DNA of 64,000 bases. Origin: Auanema rhodensis. Lineage: Eukaryota; Animalia; Nematoda. Under the pieces are notes generated by a model that was not told the DNA's origin, searched no databases, and was given only the letters and a program-made list of their open reading frames with translations. Shown one piece after another: positions 1 through 10,880 of this stretch; position 1 is the stretch's first letter, and every line of letters starts with the position of its first letter. The stretch spans positions 20,150,001 through 20,214,000 of the forward strand of contig OZ059895.1 in the NCBI GenBank assembly GCA_964057225.1. Reading direction: 5' to 3'. Both the position numbers and the translations under genes were made by a program.

Positions 1-160
1 TTTGCTCTAGCTTAAAAATGCACCGAGATATCAACTGATATATGTTCACACTTATATCCTCGATTTTCACCCTGAAGAAATTATTTTTTCGTTGAATAAC
101 ATTGTCCATCGTCTTTGCCTTGAAAAAAGGAATCTAAAAACATCTACTTCTTGCTAAATT

Positions 161-195
161 ATTTTGAAATTTTTCGAAAAAATTTTTGTCAAAAT
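161..195. other. Dyad symmetry H1 (in every monomer): imperfect palindrome centred on TTTTTCGAAAAA
   Basis: 170-181 tttttcgaaaaa is a perfect 12-bp palindrome. The outer arms attttga (161-167) and tcaaaat (189-195) are reverse complements. Confidence 0.85.
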
Positions 196-208
196 GTTTT
201 TGGAAGCA

Positions 209-236
209 ATGTTGAGTGTACATGGAAACTCAACAT
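209..236. other. Dyad symmetry H2 (in every full monomer): perfect 9-bp inverted repeat with a 10-nt loop
   Basis: atgttgagt (209-217) and actcaacat (228-236) are exact reverse complements, with loop gtacatggaa. Confidence 0.9.
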
Positions 237-670
237 ACACTAATGCATCATTTTTCAAACGATCATAACTAATTTTTGTATTAAGCGTTTCTCAATGTAG
301 TATAGTGCATTCGATGCGGATTTTTAAGCTGCGTCGATCTGTGTTATCAGATTTGCTCTAGCTTAAAAATGCACCGAGATATCAACTGATATATGTTCAC
401 ACTTATATCCTCGATTTTCACCCTGAAGAAATTTTTTTTTCGTTGAATAACATTGTCCATCGTCTTTGCCTTGAAAAAAGGAATCTAAAAACATCTACTT
501 CTTGCTAAATTATTTTGAAATTTTTCGAAAAAATTTTTGTCAAAATGTTTTTGGAAGCAATGTTGAGTGTACATGGAAACTCCACATACACTAATGCATC
601 ATTTTTCAAACGATCATAACTAATTTTTGTATTGAGCGTTTCTCGATGTAGTATAGTGCATTCGATGCGG

Positions 671-721
671 ATTTTTAAGCTGCGTCGATCTGTGTTATCA
701 GATTTGCGCTAGCTTAAAAAT
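671..721. other. Dyad symmetry H3 (spans monomer junctions; example shown): ~22-bp imperfect stem with a 6-nt loop
   Basis: atttttaagct (671-681) and agcttaaaaat (711-721) form a perfect 11-bp pair. Inner gcg/cgc and atctg/cagat pairs close the loop tgttat. There is one bulge, one mismatch and two G-T pairs. Confidence 0.88.
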
Positions 722-1053
722 GCACCGAGATATCAACTGATATAAGTTCACACTTAGATCCTCGATTTTCACCCTGAAGAAATTATTTTTTCGTTGAATA
801 ACATTGTCCATCGTCTTTGCCTTGAAAAAAGGAATCTAAAAACATCTACTTCTTGCTAAATTATTTTGAAATTTTTCGAAAAAATTTTTGTCAAAATGTT
901 TTTGGAAGCAATGTTGAGTGTACATGGAAACTCCACATACACTAATGCATCATTTTTCAAACGATCATAACTAATTTTTGTATTGAGCGTTTCTCGATGT
1001 AGTATAGTGCATTCGATGCGGATTTTTAAGCTGCGTCGATCTGTGTTATCAGA

Positions 1054-1404
1054 TTTGCGCTAGCTTAAAAATGCACCGAGATATCAACTGATATAAGTTC
1101 ACACTTAGATCCTCGATTTTCACCCTGAAGAATTAATTTTTTCGTTGAATAACAATGTCCATCGTCTTTGCCTTGAAAAAACAAATCTAAAAACATCTAC
1201 TTCTTGCTAAATTATTTTGAAATTTTTCGAAAAAATTTTTGTCAAAATGTTTTTGGAAGCAATGTTGAGTGTACATGGAAACTCAACATACACTAATGCA
1301 TCATTTTTCAAACGATCATAACTAATTTTTGTATTAAGCGTTTCTCAATGTAGTATAGTGCATTCGATGCGGATTTTTAAGCTGCGTCGATCTGTGTTAT
1401 CAGA
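1054..1404 (+). repeat. Type B monomer subfamily (example; about 28 full copies between 1054 and 54755)
   Basis: Linked substitutions T43A, T55G, A80T, T82A, T102A and GG129-130>CA or GA, usually preceded by A294G in the upstream monomer. Starts include 1054, 2458, 4213, 8074, 10881, 12987, 14742, 15444, 17199, 20358, 22464, 25623, 26676, 27378, 28080, 29835, 33696, 35451, 37557, 38259, 39663, 40716, 44226, 45279, 47736, 48789, 50895 and 54405. Confidence 0.9.
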
Positions 1405-4400
1405 TTTGCGCTAGCTTAAAAATGCACCGAGATATCAACTGATATATGTTCACACTTATATCCTCGATTTTCACCCTGAAGAAATTATTTTTTCGTTGAA
1501 TAACATTGTCCATCGTCTTTGCCTTGAAAAAAGGAATCTAAAAACATCTACTTCTTGCTAAATTATTTTGAAATTTTTCGAAAAAATTTTTGTCAAAATG
1601 TTTTTGGAAGCAATGTTGAGTGTACATGGAAACTCAACATACACTAATGCATCATTTTTCAAACGATCATAACTAATTTTTGTATTGAGCGTTTCTCAAT
1701 GTAGTATAGTGCATTCGATGCGGATTTTTAAGCTGCGTCGATCTGTGTTATCAGATTTGCTCTAGCTTAAAAATGCACCGAGATATCAACTGATATATGT
1801 TCACACTTATATCCTCGATTTTCACCCTGAAGAAATTATTTTTTCGTTGAATAACATTGTCCATCGTCTTTGCCTTGAAAAAAGGAATCTAAAAACATCT
1901 ACTTCTTGCTAAATTATTTTGAAATTTTTCGAAAAAATTTTTGTCAAAATGTTTTTGGAAGCAATGTTGAGTGTACATGGAAACTCAACATACACTAATG
2001 CATCATTTTTCAAACGATCATAACTAATTTTTGTATTGAGCGTTTCTCAATGTAGTATAGTGCATTCGATGCGGATTTTTAAGCTGCGTCGATCTGTGTT
2101 ATCAGATTTGCGCTAGCTTAAAAATGCACCGAGATATCAACTGATATATGTTCACACTTATATCCTCGATTTTCACCCTGAAGAAATTATTTTTTCGTTG
2201 AATAACATTGTCCATCGTCTTTGCCTTGAAAAAAGGAATCTAAAAACATCTACTTCTTGCTAAATTATTTTGAAATTTTTCGAAAAAATTTTTGTCAAAA
2301 TGTTTTTGGAAGCAATGTTGAGTGTACATGGAAACTCAACATACACTAATGCATCATTTTTCAAACGATCATAACTAATTTTTGTATTAAGCGTTTCTCA
2401 ATGTAGTATAGTGCATTCGATGCGGATTTTTAAGCTGCGTCGATCTGTGTTATCAGATTTGCGCTAGCTTAAAAATGCACCGAGATATCAACTGATATAA
2501 GTTCACACTTAGATCCTCGATTTTCACCCTGAAGAATTAATTTTTTCGTTGAATAACAATGTCCATCGTCTTTGCCTTGAAAAAACAAATCTAAAAACAT
2601 CTACTTCTTGCTAAATTATTTTGAAATTTTTCGAAAAAATTTTTGTCAAAATGTTTTTGGAAGCAATGTTGAGTGTACATGGAAACTCAACATACACTAA
2701 TGCATCATTTTTCAAACGATCATAACTAATTTTTGTATTAAGCGTTTCTCAATGTAGTATAGTGCATTCGATGCGGATTTTTAAGCTGCGTCGATCTGTG
2801 TTATCAGATTTGCGCTAGCTTAAAAATGCACCGAGATATCAACTGATATATGTTCACACTTATATCCTCGATTTTCACCCTGAAGAAATTATTTTTTCGT
2901 TGAATAACATTGTCCATCGTCTTTGCCTTGAAAAAAGGAATCTAAAAACATCTACTTCTTGCTAAATTATTTTGAAATTTTTCGAAAAAATTTTTGTCAA
3001 AATGTTTTTGGAAGCAATGTTGAGTGTACATGGAAACTCAACATACACTAATGCATCATTTTTCAAACGATCATAACTAATTTTTGTATTGAGCGTTTCT
3101 CAATGTAGTATAGTGCATTCGATGCGGATTTTTAAGCTGCGTCGATCTGTGTTATCAGATTTGCTCTAGCTTAAAAATGCACCGAGATATCAACTGATAT
3201 ATGTTCACACTTATATCCTCGATTTTCACCCTGAAGAAATTATTTTTTCGTTGAATAACATTGTCCATCGTCTTTGCCTTGAAAAAAGGAATCTAAAAAC
3301 ATCTACTTCTTGCTAAATTATTTTGAAATTTTTCGAAAAAATTTTTGTCAAAATGTTTTTGGAAGCAATGTTGAGTGTACATGGAAACTCAACATACACT
3401 AATGCATCATTTTTCAAACGATCATAACTAATTTTTGTATTGAGCGTTTCTCAATGTAGTATAGTGCATTCGATGCGGATTTTTAAGCTGCGTCGATCTG
3501 TGTTATCAGATTTGCGCTAGCTTAAAAATGCACCGAGATATCAACTGATATATGTTCACACTTATATCCTCGATTTTCACCCTGAAGAAATTATTTTTTC
3601 GTTGAATAACATTGTCCATCGTCTTTGCCTTGAAAAAAGGAATCTAAAAACATCTACTTCTTGCTAAATTATTTTGAAATTTTTCGAAAAAATTTTTGTC
3701 AAAATGTTTTTGGAAGCAATGTTGAGTGTACATGGAAACTCAACATACACTAATGCATCATTTTTCAAACGATCATAACTAATTTTTGTATTAAGCGTTT
3801 CTCAATGTAGTATAGTGCATTCGATGCGGATTTTTAAGCTGCGTCGATCTGTGTTATCAGATTTGCGCTAGCTTAAAAATGCACCGAGATATCAACTGAT
3901 ATATGTTCACACTTATATCCTCGATTTTCACCCTGAAGAAATTATTTTTTCGTTGAATAACATTGTCCATCGTCTTTGCCTTGAAAAAAGGAATCTAAAA
4001 ACATCTACTTCTTGCTAAATTATTTTGAAATTTTTCGAAAAAATTTTTGTCAAAATGTTTTTGGAAGCAATGTTGAGTGTACATGGAAACTCAACATACA
4101 CTAATGCATCATTTTTCAAACGATCATAACTAATTTTTGTATTGAGCGTTTCTCAATGTAGTATAGTGCATTCGATGCGGATTTTTAAGCTGCGTCGATC
4201 TGTGTTATCAGATTTGCGCTAGCTTAAAAATGCACCGAGATATCAACTGATATAAGTTCACACTTAGATCCTCGATTTTCACCCTGAAGAATTAATTTTT
4301 TCGTTGAATAACAATGTCCATCGTCTTTGCCTTGAAAAAAGAAATCTAAAAACATCTACTTCTTGCTAAATTATTTTGAAATTTTTCGAAAAAATTTTTG

Positions 4401-7400
4401 TCAAAATGTTTTTGGAAGCAATGTTGAGTGTACATGGAAACTCAACATACACTAATGCATCATTTTTCAAACGATCATAACTAATTTTTGTATTGAGCGT
4501 TTCTCAATGTAGTATAGTGCATTCGATGCGGATTTTTAAGCTGCGTCGATCTGTGTTATCAGATTTGCGCTAGCTTAAAAATGCACCGAGATATCAACTG
4601 ATATATGTTCACACTTATATCCTCGATTTTCACCCTGAAGAAATTATTTTTTCGTTGAATAACATTGTCCATCGTCTTTGCCTTGAAAAAAGGAATCTAA
4701 AAACATCTACTTCTTGCTAAATTATTTTGAAATTTTTCGAAAAAATTTTTGTCAAAATGTTTTTGGAAGCAATGTTGAGTGTACATGGAAACTCAACATA
4801 CACTAATGCATCATTTTTCAAACGATCATAACTAATTTTTGTATTGAGCGTTTCTCGATGTAGTATAGTGCATTCGATGCGGATTTTTAAGCTGCGTCGA
4901 TCTGTGTTATCAGATTTGCGCTAGCTTAAAAATGCACCGAGATATCAACTGATATATGTTCACACTTATATCCTCGATTTTCACCCTGAAGAAATTATTT
5001 TTTCGTTGAATAACATTGTCCATCGTCTTTGCCTCGAAAAAAGGAATCTAAAAACATCTACTTCTTGCTAAATTATTTTGAAATTTTTCGAAAAAATTTT
5101 TGTCAAAATGTTTTTGGAAGCAATGTTGAGTGTACATGGAAACTCAACATACACTAATGCATCATTTTTCAAACGATCATAACTAATTTTTGTATTGAGC
5201 GTTTCTCAATGTAGTATAGTGCATTCGATGCGGATTTTTAAGCTGCGTCGATCTGTGTTATCAGATTTGCGCTAGCTTAAAAATGCACCGAGATATCAAC
5301 TGATATATGTTCACACTTATATCCTCGATTTTCACCCTGAAGAAATTATTTTTTCGTTGAATAACATTGTCCATCGTCTTTGCCTTGAAAAAAGGAATCT
5401 AAAAACATCTACTTCTTGCTAAATTATTTTGAAATTTTTCGAAAAAATTTTTGTCAAAATGTTTTTGGAAGCAATGTTGAGTGTACATGGAAACTCAACA
5501 TACACTAATGCATCATTTTTCAAACGATCATAACTAATTTTTGTATTGAGCGTTTCTCAATGTAGTATAGTGCATTCGATGCGGATTTTTAAGCTGCGTC
5601 GATCTGTGTTATCAGATTTGCTCTAGCTTAAAAATGCACCGAGATATCAACTGATATATGTTCACACTTAGATCCTCGATTTTCACCCTGAAGAATTAAT
5701 TTTTTCGTTGAATAACAATGTCCATCGTCTTTGCCTTGAAAAAAGGAATCTAAAAACATCTACTTCTTGCTAAATTATTTTGAAATTTTTCGAAAAAATT
5801 TTTGTCAAAATGTTTTTGGAAGCAATGTTGAGTGTACATGGAAACTCAACATACACTAATGCATCATTTTTCAAACGATCATAACTAATTTTTGTATTGA
5901 GCGTTTCTCAATGTAGTATAGTGCATTCGATGCGGATTTTTAAGCTGCGTCGATCTGTGTTATCAGATTTGCGCTAGCTTAAAAATGCACCGAGATATCA
6001 ACTGATATATGTTCACACTTATATCCTCGATTTTCACCCTGAAGAAATTATTTTTTCGTTGAATAACATTGTCCATCGTCTTTGCCTTGAAAAAAGGAAT
6101 CTAAAAACATCTACTTCTTGCTAAATTATTTTGAAATTTTTCGAAAAAATTTTTGTCAAAATGTTTTTGGAAGCAATGTTGAGTGTACATGGAAACTCAA
6201 CATACACTAATGCATCATTTTTCAAACGATCATAACTAATTTTTGTATTAAGCGTTTCTCAATGTAGTATAGTGCATTCGATGCGGATTTTTAAGCTGCG
6301 TCGATCTGTGTTATCAGATTTGCTCTAGCTTAAAAATGCACCGAGATATCAACTGATATATGTTCACACTTATATCCTCGATTTTCACCCTGAAGAAATT
6401 ATTTTTTCGTTGAATAACATTGTCCATCGTCTTTGCCTTGAAAAAAGGAATCTAAAAACATCTACTTCTTGCTAAATTATTTTGAAATTTTTCGAAAAAA
6501 TTTTTGTCAAAATGTTTTTGGAAGCAATGTTGAGTGTACATGGAAACTCAACATACACTAATGCATCATTTTTCAAACGATCATAACTAATTTTTGTATT
6601 AAGCGTTTCTCAATGTAGTATAGTGCATTCGATGCGGATTTTTAAGCTGCGTCGATCTGTGTTATCAGATTTGCTCTAGCTTAAAAATGCACCGAGATAT
6701 CAACTGATATATGTTCACACTTATATCCTCGATTTTCACCCTGAAGAAATTATTTTTTCGTTGAATAACATTGTCCATCGTCTTTGCCTTGAAAAAAGGA
6801 ATCTAAAAACATCTACTTCTTGCTAAATTATTTTGAAATTTTTCGAAAAAATTTTTGTCAAAATGTTTTTGGAAGCAATGTTGAGTGTACATGGAAACTC
6901 AACATACACTAATGCATCATTTTTCAAACGATCATAACTAATTTTTGTATTGAGCGTTTCTCGATGTAGTATAGTGCATTCGATGCGGATTTTTAAGCTG
7001 CGTCGATCTGTGTTATCAGATTTGCGCTAGCTTAAAAATGCACCGAGATATCAACTGATATATGTTCACACTTATATCCTCGATTTTCACCCTGAAGAAA
7101 TTATTTTTTCGTTGAATAACATTGTCCATCGTCTTTGCCTTGAAAAAAGGAATCTAAAAACATCTACTTCTTGCTAAATTATTTCGAAATTTTTCGAAAA
7201 AATTTTTGTCAAAATGTTTTTGGAAGCAATGTTGAGTGTACATGGAAACTCAACATACACTAATGCATCATTTTTCAAACGATCATAACTAATTTTTGTA
7301 TTAAGCGTTTCTCAATGTAGTATAGTGCATTCGATGCGGATTTTTAAGCTGCGTCGATCTGTGTTATCAGATTTGCTCTAGCTTAAAAATGCACCGAGAT

Positions 7401-9126
7401 ATCAACTGATATATGTTCACACTTATATCCTCGATTTTCACCCTGAAGAAATTATTTTTTCGTTGAATAACATTGTCCATCGTCTTTGCCTTGAAAAAAG
7501 GAATCTAAAAACATCTACTTCTTGCTAAATTATTTTGAAATTTTTCGAAAAAATTTTTGTCAAAATGTTTTTGGAAGCAATGTTGAGTGTACATGGAAAC
7601 TCAACATACACTAATGCATCATTTTTCAAACGATCATAACTAATTTTTGTATTAAGCGTTTCTCAATGTAGTATAGTGCATTCGATGCGGATTTTTAAGC
7701 TGCGTCGATCTGTGTTATCAGATTTGCTCTAGCTTAAAAATGCACCGAGATATCAACTGATATATGTTCACACTTATATCCTCGATTTTCACCCTGAAGA
7801 AATTATTTTTTCGTTGAATAACATTGTCCATCGTCTTTGCCTTGAAAAAAGGAATCTAAAAACATCTACTTCTTGCTAAATTATTTTGAAATTTTTCGAA
7901 AAAATTTTTGTCAAAATGTTTTTGGAAGCAATGTTGAGTGTACATGGAAACTCAACATACACTAATGCATCATTTTTCAAACGATCATAACTAATTTTTG
8001 TATTGAGCGTTTCTCGATGTAGTATAGTGCATTCGATGCGGATTTTTAAGCTGCGTCGATCTGTGTTATCAGATTTGCGCTAGCTTAAAAATGCACCGAG
8101 ATATCAACTGATATAAGTTCACACTTAGATCCTCGATTTTCACCCTGAAGAATTAATTTTTTCGTTGAATAACAATGTCCATCGTCTTTGCCTTGAAAAA
8201 ACAAATCTAAAAACATCTACTTCTTGCTAAATTATTTTGAAATTTTTCGAAAAAATTTTTGTCAAAATGTTTTTGGAAGCAATGTTGAGTGTACATGGAA
8301 ACTCAACATACACTAATGCATCATTTTTCAAACGATCATAACTAATTTTTGTATTGAGCGTTTCTCAATGTAGTATAGTGCATTCGATGCGGATTTTTAA
8401 GCTGCGTCGATCTGTGTTATCAGATTTGCGCTAGCTTAAAAATGCACCGAGATATCAACTGATATATGTTCACACTTATATCCTCGATTTTCACCCTGAA
8501 GAAATTATTTTTTCGTTGAATAACATTGTCCATCGGCTTTGCCTTGAAAAAAGGAATCTAAAAACATCTACTTCTTGCTAAATTATTTTGAAATTTTTCG
8601 AAAAAATTTTTGTCAAAATGTTTTTGGAAGCAATGTTGAGTGTACATGGAAACTCAACATACACTAATGCATCATTTTTCAAACGATCATAACTAATTTT
8701 TGTATTGAGCGTTTCTCAATGTAGTATAGTGCATTCGATGCGGATTTTTAAGCTGCGTCGATCTGTGTTATCAGATTTGCGCTAGCTTAAAAATGCACCG
8801 AGATATCAACTGATATATGTTCACACTTATATCCTCGATTTTCACCCTGAAGAAATTATTTTTTCGTTGAATAACATTGTCCATCGTCTTTGCCTTGAAA
8901 AAAGGAATCTAAAAACATCTACTTCTTGCTAAATTATTTTGAAATTTTTCGAAAAAATTTTTGTCAAAATGTTTTTGGAAGCAATGTTGAGTGTACATGG
9001 AAACTCAACATACACTAATGCATCATTTTTCAAACGATCATAACTAATTTTTGTATTGAGCGTTTCTCAATGTAGTATAGTGCATTCGATGCGGATTTTT
9101 AAGCTGCGTCGATCTGTGTTATCAGA

Positions 9127-9476
9127 TTTGCTCTAGCTTAAAAATGCACCGAGATATCAACTGATATATGTTCACACTTATATCCTCGATTTTCACCCTG
9201 AAGAAATTATTTTTTCGTTGAATAACATTGTCCATCGTCTTTGCCTTGAAAAAGGAATCTAAAAACATCTACTTCTTGCTAAATTATTTTGAAATTTTTC
9301 GAAAAAATTTTTGTCAAAATGTTTTTGGAAGCAATGTTGAGTGTACATGGAAACTCAACATACACTAATGCATCATTTTTCAAACGATCATAACTAATTT
9401 TTGTATTGAGCGTTTCTCAATGTAGTATAGTGCATTCGATGCGGATTTTTAAGCTGCGTCGATCTGTGTTATCAGA
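9127..9476 (+). repeat. 350-bp monomer with a 1-bp contraction of the A6 run
   Basis: ccttgaaaaaggaatc (A5) near 9249-9253 versus A6 elsewhere. The register of all downstream monomers shifts by -1. Confidence 0.9.
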
Positions 9477-10880
9477 TTTGCGCTAGCTTAAAAATGCACC
9501 GAGATATCAACTGATATATGTTCACACTTATATCCTCGATTTTCACCCTGAAGAAATTATTTTTTCGTTGAATAACATTGTCCATCGTCTTTGCCTTGAA
9601 AAAAGGAATCTAAAAACATCTACTTCTTGCTAAATTATTTTGAAATTTTTCGAAAAAATTTTTGTCAAAATGTTTTTGGAAGCAATGTTGAGTGTACATG
9701 GAAACTCAACATACACTAATGCATCATTTTTCAAACGATCATAACTAATTTTTGTATTAAGCGTTTCTCAATGTAGTATAGTGCATTCGATGCGGATTTT
9801 TAAGCTGCGTCGATCTGTGTTATCAGATTTGCTCTAGCTTAAAAATGCACCGAGATATCAACTGATATATGTTCACACTTATATCCTCGATTTTCACCCT
9901 GAAGAAATTATTTTTTCGTTGAATAACATTGTCCATCGTCTTTGCCTTGAAAAAAGGAATCTAAAAACATCTACTTCTTGCTAAATTATTTTGAAATTTT
10001 TCGAAAAAATTTTTGTCAAAATGTTTTTGGAAGCAATGTTGAGTGTACATGGAAACTCAACATACACTAATGCATCATTTTTCAAACGATCATAACTAAT
10101 TTTTGTATTAAGCGTTTCTCAATGTAGTATAGTGCATTCGATGCGGATTTTTAAGCTGCGTCGATCTGTGTTATCAGATTTGCTCTAGCTTAAAAATGCA
10201 CCGAGATATCAACTGATATATGTTCACACTTATATCCTCGATTTTCACCCTGAAGAAATTATTTTTTCGTTGAATAACATTGTCCATCGTCTTTGCCTTG
10301 AAAAAAGGAATCTAAAAACATCTACTTCTTGCTAAATTATTTTGAAATTTTTCGAAAAAATTTTTGTCAAAATGTTTTTGGAAGCAATGTTGAGTGTACA
10401 TGGAAACTCAACATACACTAATGCATCATTTTTCAAACGATCATAACTAATTTTTGTATTAAGCGTTTCTCAATGTAGTATAGTGCATTCGATGCGGATT
10501 TTTAAGCTGCGTCGATCTGTGTTATCAGATTTGCTCTAGCTTAAAAATGCACCGAGATATCAACTGATATATGTTCACACTTATATCCTCGATTTTCACC
10601 CTGAAGAAATTATTTTTTCGTTGAATAACATTGTCCATCGTCTTTGCCTTGAAAAAAGGAATCTAAAAACATCTACTTCTTGCTAAATTATTTTGAAATT
10701 TTTCGAAAAAATTTTTGTCAAAATGTTTTTGGAAGCAATGTTGAGTGTACATGGAAACTCAACATACACTAATGCATCATTTTTCAAACGATCATAACTA
10801 ATTTTTGTATTGAGCGTTTCTCGATGTAGTATAGTGCATTCGATGCGGATTTTTAAGCTGCGTCGATCTGTGTTATCAGA

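Larger units (their letters stand above)
1..351 (+). repeat. Reference monomer (type A), 351 bp, about 32% GC, many A4-6/T4-6 tracts
   Basis: First full period of the array (phase arbitrary, set by the window start). Common polymorphic positions are 6 (G/T), 283 (G/A) and 294 (A/G). Confidence 0.97.

Noticed and set aside
87-103. CENP-B box-like motif (tttcgttgaataacatt versus NTTCGNNNNANNCGGGN)
   Set aside because: It matches TTCG and the central A but lacks the essential CGGG, so only 5 of 9 required bases are present.
1-351. Internal sub-repeat structure (2 x ~175 bp or 3 x 117 bp)
   Set aside because: Only weak similarity was visible (tttgc...aaaaa at 1-18 versus 114-128), explainable by low complexity. 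A self dot-plot would be needed to support it.
1-351. Tandem 5S rRNA, tRNA, snRNA or spliced-leader gene array
   Set aside because: I could not recognise a 5S sequence, tRNA cloverleaf, pol III A/B boxes or a known leader sequence. An Infernal/Rfam scan of a monomer dimer would be decisive.
671-721. Compensatory evolution preserving hairpin H3 (C332T, A349G and A14G keep G-T/G-U pairs)
   Set aside because: Such transitions yield wobble pairs automatically, and a similar number of variants (G6T, T324G, T325G, G341T, T1A) disrupt pairing. No true covariation was seen.
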